A stretch of 64,000 bases of DNA, taken from assembly GCA_963586925.1 (NCBI GenBank), contig CAVAAT010000016.1, positions 30,774-94,773 of the forward strand, in the 5' to 3' direction. Source of the stretch: Erysipelotrichaceae bacterium (GTDB lineage: Bacteria; Bacillota_I; Bacilli_A; Erysipelotrichales; Erysipelotrichaceae). Below, piece after piece: positions 1-9,156 of this stretch (position 1 is its first letter; every line of letters starts with the position of its first letter). Made by a program: the position numbers and the translations under genes. The notes under the pieces are model-generated. The model saw only the letters and a program-made list of their open reading frames with translations. It was not told where the DNA came from and made no database searches.

Positions 1-61
1 TTAGCTTTCTATCAAAATATTACTACTAAATACAAGTAAATGCTAGCACATAAACATATAC

Positions 62-89
62 AAAAAATGATAGAAATATCATCTATCAT
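62..89 (-). terminator. Rho-independent terminator downstream of the nifB-like gene (stem atgataga / tctatcat, then T-run on minus strand)
   Basis: 8-bp perfect inverted repeat at 67-74 / 82-89 followed by a T-tract read on the minus strand; lies directly after the stop of the 118..957 gene. Confidence 0.5.
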
Positions 90-117
90 AATTTTTGCAT
101 GCTTCCTTCATACACTT

Positions 118-957
118 TTACAAACAACCACAAGTCCTCGTAGTGCCATCACTTAATACTAAAACATCAGCACGACATCTACTACAAGTAGTCAACTCTT
201 CTAAATGTTTCGAACACAGATAACGCATTCTTTCTACTTCACCAATGTTAGGGATTTCTTCTTCTAAGATATTTTCATTAGGTATGACTGGTAAGATATT
301 ATGGATCAAGCAACCATACTCTTTAGCTTTGATAGCGATAGCTTCTATTTCAGAATCATTTCTCCCTTTGACATATACTGTATTGATCTTTACTTTTAAA
401 CCTGCTTCAATTGCCTTTTTAATACCGTTCCATTGTCCTTTTAAGAAAGCATCATATGCTTCATAAGTTTTTTTAGAAGCAATATGCTCATAGATCTTCA
501 TTGCTGTCTCTACCGTTAAAGCATTGACAGTAACAGTTAATGTATCAACTAATCCCTTTAGACTATCAACATTTTCCTCAAGTAATAAGCCATTAGTAGA
601 GACACAAAGTAATAACTTGGGATATTTTTCATGTATCACTTTAAAAGTCTCTATGGTTTTTTTAGACAATAAAGGTTCTCCAGGACCAGCAATACCTACT
701 ACTAAAAAATTTGGATCGATATTAACTGCCATATCTACTTTTTTTACTGCTTCTTCTACCGTCAATACATTAGAGGCGACTCCCGGCCTACAACCATGAT
801 AACAAGCATCAACAGTAGGTTTACAAAAACAACATTTGATATTACAAGGATAAGCCACTGGTAAATGCATTCTACCAGAAGCTTTAAAGCTATTATTAAA
901 ACAAGGATGCTTTCTAATAAGTTGTTCTCTTTCAAATAAATCATTACTAATATCCAT
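118..957 (-). CDS. NifB-family radical SAM protein (FeMo-cofactor-biosynthesis-like core, no NifX-like C-terminal domain)
   Basis: 279 aa; HPCFNN...RMHLPVAYPCNIKCCFC matches the NifB HPC...RMHLPVA..CNIQCNYC CxxxCxxC region; overlaps the upstream nifH-like gene by 11 nt. Confidence 0.85.
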   Translation of the reverse strand: MDISNDLFEREQLIRKHPCFNNSFKASGRMHLPVAYPCNIKCCFCKPTVDACYHGCRPGVASNVLTVEEAVKKVDMAVNIDPNFLVVGIAGPGEPLLSKKTIETFKVIHEKYPKLLLCVSTNGLLLEENVDSLKGLVDTLTVTVNALTVETAMKIYEHIASKKTYEAYDAFLKGQWNGIKKAIEAGLKVKINTVYVKGRNDSEIEAIAIKAKEYGCLIHNILPVIPNENILEEEIPNIGEVERMRYLCSKHLEELTTCSRCRADVLVLSDGTTRTCGCL

Positions 958-1753
958 ATAAGCTATTCATCTCTTCATAAAATTCTTTGCGATCCCAAGG
1001 AGTATTATTTATTACTTCATGTTGTTGTAAGATATATTCACTTGCTTGAAGATAAGCATCATAAGTTTCTTTGCTACAATTTTGATCAATAGCAGTCAAA
1101 CCTTTTAATTCATTTAAAGGGATCATTTCATCATGAGGAATGACACTGATAAGAGGCACATTAATTTTAGAAGCAAACTTCTCTACTATTACTTTTTCGT
1201 TATCAAATCCAGCACTATTTAGTATCAAACCTTTGACTACTTTCTTATTCTCATTCATACCTTTAGTGATATTATTTGCTGCATATAAAGAAGCTTGTTC
1301 ACCTGATGAAACAATATAGATCTCATTAGCGTAACCCTTAGATATCGGCGTAGCAAATCCTCCACAGACTACATCTCCTAAAACATCATATATGACTACA
1401 TCAAGATCATCTAATAACTTCTTTTGGGATAATAAACCTAATGCCATGATAAGACCTCTACCAGCGCATCCCACTCCTGGTTTTGGTCCTCCTACTTCCG
1501 CACATAAAATATCATATCTTCCTTTAATGACACATTCATTAATATCACATTCTTTTTCAATGATTTGTTCATACTTTTCTAAGATTGAGGAAATATAACC
1601 ACCAGTGATCAAACGCACAGTATCTTGTTTAGGATCACAACCAATTAGACCAACTTTATAGCCCTTTTGAGCTAAAAGAACCGCAAGATTAGCTGAAAAA
1701 GTTGATTTACCGATTCCACCTTTACCATAAATTGCTATCCTTTTTTTAATCAT
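947..1753 (-). CDS. NifH/BchL-family ATPase (nitrogenase iron protein-like)
   Basis: 268 aa; IAIYGKGGIGKST P-loop, CDPKQDT, GVGCAGRG and VVCGGFA (both 4Fe-4S Cys ligands) near-identical to NifH. Confidence 0.9.
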   Translation of the reverse strand: MIKKRIAIYGKGGIGKSTFSANLAVLLAQKGYKVGLIGCDPKQDTVRLITGGYISSILEKYEQIIEKECDINECVIKGRYDILCAEVGGPKPGVGCAGRGLIMALGLLSQKKLLDDLDVVIYDVLGDVVCGGFATPISKGYANEIYIVSSGEQASLYAANNITKGMNENKKVVKGLILNSAGFDNEKVIVEKFASKINVPLISVIPHDEMIPLNELKGLTAIDQNCSKETYDAYLQASEYILQQHEVINNTPWDRKEFYEEMNSLYGY

Positions 1754-2942
1754 GAAAATGCTCCTTTAACTTTCTAGTCAAATATTTCATTCCTGAAACA
1801 CCAAATAACGACTCATTATCTTCTACAGAATCCCAAACAGGAGCTGTAAAAGGTATATATAAACATTCTTCATTATGACCATAGACATTTGATGAACCAA
1901 AAGATATCGCACAATCTAATTCTTTTCTAAATTCATTTAATTCATAACCGCCAACATCAGCTTCTAACCAATCACATATACCTAATTCATCTAATTTTTC
2001 TACACCATAACTATCACTACTTACCGCAAGTTTACAATCAAATTCTTCCTTTAACATCTTAGCTAAGCTAACAGCATAATAACAATCAGCTTCGATCATA
2101 ACATATCTTTTAGAAAGATATGTTTTAAGATAATCGATATCGTCACTTAATTCTTCTCTTTCTTTATCTAACTTATCAAAGATATTTTGATCAATCTCTT
2201 TACCTGTGATCTCACTTATCTTTTTTATAAAATCTTTGATCGCAGAAAAACCGATCGGAGCATATGTATCACTACGCTCATTTAATAAACCAATGTAAAT
2301 CACTTTAGCTTTACTATATTCTTGTAGATCTTTATCTATATCAAACTCGACGGAAATGGAAGGTGCTAAAACTAAGCCACAATAATCTTCAACTATCTTT
2401 TTAAGTTCTAACATATTCTTTTTAGAATTATAAACCGAAGCTGCCATTCCATCTAACGCTATCCTTTTACCATCAAATTCATGCTCAATATTTAACCAAC
2501 TAATAAAATCATCATAACTCTTACGATAGCCATCATTATCCTCACCAAATAAACTACTACCATCTTCCAAAAATACCTTGATACCTGTATCCTTTTGATA
2601 TTGTTCAATGATATCTTGATAATCTTCGCCGATCATACTTGTTGCACAAGTCAATATCACAAATATGACTTTCGGACTATAAACTCTAGCTGCCTTATAT
2701 AAAGCTGCTTGTAATTTACTTGTAGTACCTAAAGCAAGTTCATATTGATAGATCGCAGTAGTAGGTAATATTGGACATTTATCAGCCAATAAGAATATCA
2801 TTCTATAACCACCAGCACAACCTGTAGGACCATGAACGATCGCTAAAGAGTTATTGATGCTACAAGAAAAAGAGATGATTCCACCCATTGCACAGCCATG
2901 ACTTGATTCAATCCTTGAACTTATTTGTGTAGTTGTATACAT
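1746..2942 (-). CDS. Nitrogenase component-1-type oxidoreductase, alpha-like subunit (NifD/NifE-like, short form)
   Basis: 398 aa; IVHGPTGCAGGY resembles NifD/NifE ISHGPVGCGQY; Cys-rich N-terminus; overlaps neighbours on both sides. Confidence 0.8.
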   Translation of the reverse strand: MYTTTQISSRIESSHGCAMGGIISFSCSINNSLAIVHGPTGCAGGYRMIFLLADKCPILPTTAIYQYELALGTTSKLQAALYKAARVYSPKVIFVILTCATSMIGEDYQDIIEQYQKDTGIKVFLEDGSSLFGEDNDGYRKSYDDFISWLNIEHEFDGKRIALDGMAASVYNSKKNMLELKKIVEDYCGLVLAPSISVEFDIDKDLQEYSKAKVIYIGLLNERSDTYAPIGFSAIKDFIKKISEITGKEIDQNIFDKLDKEREELSDDIDYLKTYLSKRYVMIEADCYYAVSLAKMLKEEFDCKLAVSSDSYGVEKLDELGICDWLEADVGGYELNEFRKELDCAISFGSSNVYGHNEECLYIPFTAPVWDSVEDNESLFGVSGMKYLTRKLKEHFHD

Positions 2943-4282
2943 TCTGGTAACTCCTTTGCGTTAAAGACGCTCTCTGTAAAATCAAAGCCTTGCATTGCCA
3001 TTCTTAGCTTATCGCCAAAATTAACTGCTCCTGCATAACCTTCATGAGGGACAGTATAAATAGTGATCGGAACAAAAGGAATATGATGTTTTTTACAAAC
3101 ATGTAATTCTTGATATCCACCAGCCCATACATCAAATTTGATCGTAGTAGCTAATTCCTCAAGTTCATATAAACTAGCAGAAACAATGAAATTTCTTACT
3201 TTCAAATGATGTGTTTCCAATAAATGTTTTAGATCTCTCTGAGAATTCTGATGAGGATAAAATAGGACAGCCGTATCGATATCCATTTCATAATCATTTA
3301 ATAAATGTAGTAAACCGATAAGTCTTCCTGGTCCTCCTGAGATAAATATCTTTTTACCCTTTAATTCAGCTTTATTTTCTTCAAACTTATAACGATATTC
3401 ATCTTCTAACTCTTTGATCTCTTTTGTTTTGTCTAAACCTAATTTAGTAGTGATCTCAGTTAACCATTCGGTAGTTCCAGAAAAGCCATAGGGCGAACGC
3501 CAACTTAACATTGGTACCCCATCTTTTTCCATATCATAAACATAATCACCACATACTGCAGGACAGACTACCGCATTACCTTTAGCAGTCATGGCTTTTT
3601 GTACATCTTCTAATTTACTTCCCCCAGATAAGACAGTCTTAACCTCTACACCAACTTTATCAAGCATCCTTAAACATTCACCGATCTCTCTTTCATTAGA
3701 GCGTGTAGGCCAATGCCAGCCTATTAAGTTAATGCCACTTCTTTCACCTTTATATTTTCCTAAAAAAGGTTTAATTAAAGCTGTCATTGCAGGATTATAT
3801 CCTGCTTGAGGACTTTGCCCCATGATATTAGATGCTTGGATTGATGTGGTAGTGATACCTGTATATTCTTCTATCTGTCTTTCTATATCATCTAGCTCAA
3901 TGCCAGAAACGATCAGCTCATCAGTAGGAACTAAAACAAATAACTTGGGATCCTTTTTACCAACTATCTTCATCAATCTATCGGTGAAAGATCTTCTCAC
4001 AATGAGATTTCCAGTGACAACCTGTGTAGGAGTAAATTCTAAAGTGATCGCTGGTATTTTACCTAAATCAAAATCAACTTCTCCCATAGCTACTACCGCA
4101 AAACGAACATGATAAGAGCAACCTTTAGCTCCTACCATGATAGGAAAAACATCATCCATAGTCGCTAATACTCGATAAGCAGACATTATTGGACCTAACA
4201 CTTGATAATCAGCCCATAACTCATTTTCCGATAATTTCCAATCGTTAGTTAATTTTTCTAAACTTCCGTTATACCATTTCAT
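2921..4282 (-). CDS. Nitrogenase component-1-type oxidoreductase, beta-like subunit (NifK/NifN-like, short form)
   Basis: 453 aa; MVGAKGCSYHVRF resembles NifK HGSQGCVAYFRS; family-typical alpha/beta domain layout; 1-nt gap to the upstream permease gene. Confidence 0.8.
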   Translation of the reverse strand: MKWYNGSLEKLTNDWKLSENELWADYQVLGPIMSAYRVLATMDDVFPIMVGAKGCSYHVRFAVVAMGEVDFDLGKIPAITLEFTPTQVVTGNLIVRRSFTDRLMKIVGKKDPKLFVLVPTDELIVSGIELDDIERQIEEYTGITTTSIQASNIMGQSPQAGYNPAMTALIKPFLGKYKGERSGINLIGWHWPTRSNEREIGECLRMLDKVGVEVKTVLSGGSKLEDVQKAMTAKGNAVVCPAVCGDYVYDMEKDGVPMLSWRSPYGFSGTTEWLTEITTKLGLDKTKEIKELEDEYRYKFEENKAELKGKKIFISGGPGRLIGLLHLLNDYEMDIDTAVLFYPHQNSQRDLKHLLETHHLKVRNFIVSASLYELEELATTIKFDVWAGGYQELHVCKKHHIPFVPITIYTVPHEGYAGAVNFGDKLRMAMQGFDFTESVFNAKELPECIQLHK

Positions 4283-4283
4283 A

Positions 4284-5249
4284 CTATTCTGATACTAATC
4301 CCTTTTGTAATTCTTCTTTAGTCTTTTTTCTTTCGATCGTATACTTGATATTTTTGATCGATGCACTTATGATCAAGATCAAAATTGTCGCAATATAAGG
4401 AATTGAAGAGATAAGATCAACGCTATAACCTGCAAGTTGTAATCTATTAGCTAAAGCTTGAGCTGCACCGAAGAAAACTGAAGCAAGTGCAGTATAGATT
4501 GGATCAGCACCTGTGATATTTGTAGCTGACATACCTATATAACCTCTTCCTGCTGTTATATCTCTTTGGAACCAACTAACATAACCCATCGACATAAAAC
4601 ATCCACCAAGTCCTGCCATGATACCAGCAATAGCGAATGATAAATAATAGATCTTAATAGGATCAATGCCAACAGAAGTTGCAGCAGCTGGATTTTCACC
4701 TACTGAACGGATCCTCAAACCTAAAACTGTCTTTTTTAAAACATAAGCCATTAACAAAGTGCAGATTATTGCTACATAAGTCAAGATATTATGCCCTGAT
4801 AATATTTCACCCAATACTGGTATATCTTTGATAAGAGGTATATCGATATTAGGTAATACTGGTGAATTCAAATGTCCAACAGTACTTGCTTTTTGACCAG
4901 TCAAGAGATACATGACAAATACAGTTGCTCCACTCATGCCGGTATTCATTGCGATCGAAGCTAAGTATAAGTCTACTTTCAAAGAGAATGTACAATAACT
5001 AAGTATTAAAGTGATGATGACTGAAGCAAGTACACCTGCTAATAAACCTAACCAAACATTTTGACTGTAACCTCCTACTAAGACACCAGTCAAAGAGGAA
5101 GCAAGCATCATACTTTCGATAGCCATATTTAATACACCAGACTTTTGAGTTATAACGGCCGATAATGCACCAAAAACCAAAGGTGTAGAGATACGGATGA
5201 TGTTATTGATAAATGAAGGCATGCTAGCCCACGTAAATAAAGATTCCAT
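4284..5249 (-). CDS. ABC transporter permease (BMP/nucleoside-type system, NupC/YufQ-like)
   Basis: 321 aa polytopic membrane protein; start overlaps the stop of the upstream permease. Confidence 0.8.
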   Translation of the reverse strand: MESLFTWASMPSFINNIIRISTPLVFGALSAVITQKSGVLNMAIESMMLASSLTGVLVGGYSQNVWLGLLAGVLASVIITLILSYCTFSLKVDLYLASIAMNTGMSGATVFVMYLLTGQKASTVGHLNSPVLPNIDIPLIKDIPVLGEILSGHNILTYVAIICTLLMAYVLKKTVLGLRIRSVGENPAAATSVGIDPIKIYYLSFAIAGIMAGLGGCFMSMGYVSWFQRDITAGRGYIGMSATNITGADPIYTALASVFFGAAQALANRLQLAGYSVDLISSIPYIATILILIISASIKNIKYTIERKKTKEELQKGLVSE

Positions 5250-6334
5250 TACTTACTTTCCTCCTTTATTGCTTCTTTTTGAGCTGATCTTATGATCGCT
5301 CTATTTTTAAGTCCACTCATAAAACTCTTAGCAGCGATAAGCAAGATGATCACTGATTGAGCTATATAAACAAATTCAATAGGTATATCTGTATTGACAT
5401 TTAAGATATTAGCTCCTGCTTTAATGTAAGCTAATAAGAATGCACCAAGAGGTACCATAAATGGATTCTTTCTAGCAAGTACTGCGACTAATAAGCCATC
5501 AGCAGCAAGTCCAGGTAAAGCAGTCCAGATATAACGGTCATAAACCCCCATTATATCTATTGCTCCTCCAATCGCACATAAGCTGATACCAATAGCTTCA
5601 GCTATCAAAACATTCTTATTGACATTTAATCCCGCATATCTAGCAAAATCAGGATTTTCACCACATATTCTCATCGAGAATCCACCTTTACTATAGTAGA
5701 ATAAGATACCTACAACTATTACTACGATAAGTCCTAATATCAAACCTGTATTGATATTAGAATTCTTGATAAATTCAAATAAAGAGATCTTACCATCAAA
5801 TTTCATTGAAGCAAGATAAGTGATATCCGGATCTCTAAGTACTGTCTTTAATAAATAGATACAAACATAAGTGATGATATAATTCATCATGATCGAGACA
5901 ACCACTTCATTTGCGCCAAACTTTTGATCCATTACTGTTGGTATGCTACCAACAACTGCTCCCATAATGGCACAAGCTATCAAAATCACAATGATAAGTA
6001 AGATGTGAGGCAAGTTGGCTCCAAATCCAGTTGTGATCATTGCGGTAAGACAGCCAGCTAACATATAAACGCCATCACCGATCATATTAAAACGATTGAC
6101 AGCGTAAATAAAACACATTCCTACACCTGTAAACAAATAAGGAATAAATCTACTCATGATCATACCAAAACGCCTAGCCGAGGTAAATGGACCAATACTG
6201 AACAAATAAACAGCTTCTGTTGGATCATCAGTTACTACTAACATCACAATGATACACAACAAATAAGCAATGACCATGCTTAAGACCGTCCTAAATATTT
6301 CAAAAGCAAACTCGATCTTTCTTGTCTTTTTCAT
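5249..6334 (-). CDS. ABC transporter permease (BMP/nucleoside-type system, NupB/YufP-like)
   Basis: 361 aa polytopic membrane protein; translationally coupled on both sides. Confidence 0.8.
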   Translation of the reverse strand: MKKTRKIEFAFEIFRTVLSMVIAYLLCIIVMLVVTDDPTEAVYLFSIGPFTSARRFGMIMSRFIPYLFTGVGMCFIYAVNRFNMIGDGVYMLAGCLTAMITTGFGANLPHILLIIVILIACAIMGAVVGSIPTVMDQKFGANEVVVSIMMNYIITYVCIYLLKTVLRDPDITYLASMKFDGKISLFEFIKNSNINTGLILGLIVVIVVGILFYYSKGGFSMRICGENPDFARYAGLNVNKNVLIAEAIGISLCAIGGAIDIMGVYDRYIWTALPGLAADGLLVAVLARKNPFMVPLGAFLLAYIKAGANILNVNTDIPIEFVYIAQSVIILLIAAKSFMSGLKNRAIIRSAQKEAIKEESK

Positions 6335-7884
6335 TAGTCATCACCTTCCATTTCTTCTTGACTCATCGTTTTTAAGCCTAACATATATTCACCTAAAGTA
6401 TCTTCATTCACATCACTCATCTTCTTGAAGTGAGCAACAAACTTTCCTTTATACATAACTAGCAAGCGATCAGAAACTTCTAATACTTCATTTAGATCAG
6501 AAGATATCAATAAGGCTCCAACTTTACCTGTTCTTGTCTTTTCAATCAACTTCTTATGGATGATCTCAGTAGTACCAACATCGATCCCTCTTGTTGGCTG
6601 ATTAGCTACGATGAAGTTCGCTCCACTATTGAACTCTCTAGCCACGATAACTTTTTGAATATTACCACCTGATAATAAACGAACTGGCTCAGTACGATCA
6701 TCACAGGCAATCTCATATTCGGCGATACAATCATCAATAAACTTATTCATTTTCTTCATGTCTAATAATAAGCCTTTATTAAACTCTTTATTAGACAAAT
6801 ATATAGAGGCGATATTCTCTCTTATCGATAAAGATTGAGCACAACCATATTTCATCCTATCTTCCGATATTGAACAAACGCCTAATTTTCTTATATTATC
6901 AATACTTAAATTATGGATACTCTTACCATTGATCAAGATTTTACCAAAATCAAAACTACGCATTCCCGTTAATATCTCAGATAATTGATTCTGTCCATTA
7001 CCTTCAACTCCTGCAATACCAACGATCTCACCAGCATGGATCTTCAAAGAAATGTTATCAATGATCTTTTTATTATTTTCATCAAAATAAGTTAGATCAT
7101 CGATCTCTGCGATCGTCTCCTTAACTTCGGCTTTAGCTTTTTCAATGGAATTAACCGCATCTCTTCCTACCATTAGTTGCGATATTTTCGCAGGGCTAAG
7201 ATTACAGATGTCATCATTAGCAACTAGCTTTCCCTTACGTAATACAGTGATCCTATCACATAACTCCATGATCTCTTCTAATTTATGAGAGATAAAGACG
7301 ATCGATAAACCTTGCTTAGCCATACTTTTTAATTGCACGAACAATTCTTTAGTTTCTTGAGGTGTCAATACAGCAGTTGGTTCATCTAGAATGAGTACTT
7401 TACAATTTCTGACTAAGGCTTTTAAGATCTCTACTTTTTGTTTAGTACCTACCCCAAGATCATTAACGATATCAGTAGCATTGATCTTTAAGTTATATTT
7501 ATCAGCAACTTCTTGGGTCTTTTTTATAGCCTCTTGATAATTAAAGTTAATGCCTTTATGTGGTTCAATACCTAACATAACATTTTCTGCTACACTTAAT
7601 GATGGTACTTGCATGAAATGTTGATGGACCATACCAATACCATAAGAGATAGCTTCTATAGGTGAAGTGATATTCACTTTCTCACCATTTATATAGACAT
7701 CTCCTTCTTGATGATCTTCTAATCCAAAAAGTATCTTCATTAATGTTGTTTTACCTGCTCCATTTTCACCAACAAGAGCATGTATCTCCCCTTCATTTAC
7801 CGATAGATCAATATGATCATTAGCTTTAAAGCCATTACTATAGATCTTGGTTATATTTTTCATTAGTAGGATTTCCTTAGCCAT
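6334..7884 (-). CDS. ABC transporter ATP-binding protein with duplicated ATPase domains (sugar/nucleoside-type, NupA/RbsA-like)
   Basis: Two Walker A/ABC-signature modules (GENGAGKTT, LSGG); start chosen at MAKEILLMKN (7884), preceded by GGAGGT RBS, not the upstream in-frame Met at 7932. Confidence 0.85.
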   Translation of the reverse strand: MAKEILLMKNITKIYSNGFKANDHIDLSVNEGEIHALVGENGAGKTTLMKILFGLEDHQEGDVYINGEKVNITSPIEAISYGIGMVHQHFMQVPSLSVAENVMLGIEPHKGINFNYQEAIKKTQEVADKYNLKINATDIVNDLGVGTKQKVEILKALVRNCKVLILDEPTAVLTPQETKELFVQLKSMAKQGLSIVFISHKLEEIMELCDRITVLRKGKLVANDDICNLSPAKISQLMVGRDAVNSIEKAKAEVKETIAEIDDLTYFDENNKKIIDNISLKIHAGEIVGIAGVEGNGQNQLSEILTGMRSFDFGKILINGKSIHNLSIDNIRKLGVCSISEDRMKYGCAQSLSIRENIASIYLSNKEFNKGLLLDMKKMNKFIDDCIAEYEIACDDRTEPVRLLSGGNIQKVIVAREFNSGANFIVANQPTRGIDVGTTEIIHKKLIEKTRTGKVGALLISSDLNEVLEVSDRLLVMYKGKFVAHFKKMSDVNEDTLGEYMLGLKTMSQEEMEGDD

Positions 7885-7947
7885 ATTTACCTCCATATAA
7901 AATAAATGGGGATGAAAAATTTCAATCCCCAATTTATATATTTTTAA

Positions 7948-9045
7948 CTATTGTTGAGCGCTTCTCCAAGCATCAAATTCTTCGAAATTTGCGAAAGAGA
8001 AATAATAAGATTTTGGTTCAACTTTGCCATTGATGATGTCATCCTTCAAAGCAGTAACAGCATCTTGAACTTCTTGAGAAACGATCTCTTTGTAATGATC
8101 ATTATAAGCAAGATCCATTGCTCCAGTATCTACACCTTGAACATCTACTTGTCCCCAAACAGAATCATCACCGTTCATGAACTTATCAAATACAGCAACG
8201 ATAGAAACATCGATCTTCTTAACAACAGAAGTAACGATTGAATCAACTAATTTAGCATCATCACTATCTTGATATGCTAACCATTGGTCATCATCAACAC
8301 CGATCAAATAGAAGCCATTATCACGACCACCCATGTCATAAGCAGCTTGCCAACATCCTTGATAACCTAATGCGAATACTACATCATAACCATTCTGCAT
8401 CAATTCTTTAGTTACATCACTGAATAAAGCAGCATCCCACTTGCCTGTGTGAGCATTGTAACAAGAGATTGAAGAATCATAGTACTTAGCACCATCAAAG
8501 AATCCAGCAACGAAATCATTGATCAATGGGCTATCGTTATCAGTAACAACAGCAACTTTCTTATTTGCTGATAGACTAGCAGCTACATAACCACCTAAGA
8601 AGCTTGCACTATTAGCACCATAAGCAATAGCAGTAACATTAGAATGTTCACCGATCTCAGCAGTTGGAGCTACATCAAAGATAACAAACTTGATATCAGG
8701 ATATTCATCTGCATGTTCTAAGATAATGTCAGATAATGTGTTACCGGCTTGTGAAACAACATATGAATACTTACCACTATCACATACATCCAAAACAGAT
8801 GATTCATAAGTAGCACCGTTATTGTTTCCCAATTCAATAGCAGTAGGGTCAAAGCCATACTTCTCAGAAACTTCTTGACATGCTTTCCAACCATTGTCGT
8901 TGTAAGATAAGTCACCAAGTTGCATACAGAAATATGCTAAACCAGGATTTTGATCGCTAGTACCGTTGTCATCCCCATTATTTGAACAGCCTACTAGAGA
9001 AAGTGTCATTAATAAAGCTAATAACACGATTGAAATTTTTTTCAT
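7948..9045 (-). CDS. BMP-family ABC transporter substrate-binding lipoprotein (PnrA/Med-like)
   Basis: 365 aa; signal peptide with lipobox LVGCS; BMP-family fold motifs; GAGGAGG RBS. Confidence 0.85.
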   Translation of the reverse strand: MKKISIVLLALLMTLSLVGCSNNGDDNGTSDQNPGLAYFCMQLGDLSYNDNGWKACQEVSEKYGFDPTAIELGNNNGATYESSVLDVCDSGKYSYVVSQAGNTLSDIILEHADEYPDIKFVIFDVAPTAEIGEHSNVTAIAYGANSASFLGGYVAASLSANKKVAVVTDNDSPLINDFVAGFFDGAKYYDSSISCYNAHTGKWDAALFSDVTKELMQNGYDVVFALGYQGCWQAAYDMGGRDNGFYLIGVDDDQWLAYQDSDDAKLVDSIVTSVVKKIDVSIVAVFDKFMNGDDSVWGQVDVQGVDTGAMDLAYNDHYKEIVSQEVQDAVTALKDDIINGKVEPKSYYFSFANFEEFDAWRSAQQ

Positions 9046-9068
9046 TTCATTTTCCTCCTCGGTTGACT

Positions 9069-9077
9069 ATTATAGCA
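9069..9077 (-). promoter_or_regulatory. Extended -10 promoter element (TGcTATAAT) for the ABC-importer / nitrogenase-like operon
   Basis: Perfect TATAAT with upstream TG, 22 nt upstream of GAGGAGG RBS; no convincing -35. Confidence 0.35.
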
Positions 9078-9123
9078 CGAGACTAGTGACGAATAATAGT
9101 GGCAACTTAACGATTTTACAAAC

Positions 9124-9156
9124 AAAATTAAAAAAGATGGTATATTTCAACCATCT
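9124..9156 (-). terminator. Rho-independent terminator of rpoD (agatggt / accatct stem, T-run)
   Basis: 7-bp inverted repeat overlapping the rpoD stop followed by tttttaatttt on the minus strand. Confidence 0.55.

Noticed and set aside
245-4112. Plus-strand and alternative-frame ORFs (245..466, 524..799, 762..944, 1392..1598, 3591..3809, 3822..4112) inside the nif-like genes
   Set aside because: They lie entirely within, antisense or out of frame to, long ORFs with strong family-level similarity. They have low-complexity composition and no RBS. They are treated as spurious.
118-4282. Interpretation as a canonical N2-fixing nitrogenase (nifHDK+nifB)
   Set aside because: D- and K-like proteins are 398 and 453 aa, much shorter than NifD/NifK. 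No nifE/N/V/X/Q or fixABCX nearby. The gene order K-D-H-B and the coupling to a nucleoside-type importer are unlike nif operons. A nitrogenase-like, non-N2-fixing enzyme is more plausible. This is not proven without phylogeny.
6334-7932. Longer N-terminus of the ABC ATPase (start at 7932, MGIEIFHPHLFYMEVN...)
   Set aside because: No RBS upstream of 7932. A GGAGGT RBS precedes the internal Met at 7884 (MAKEILLMKNITKIY), which is where ABC ATPase homology begins.
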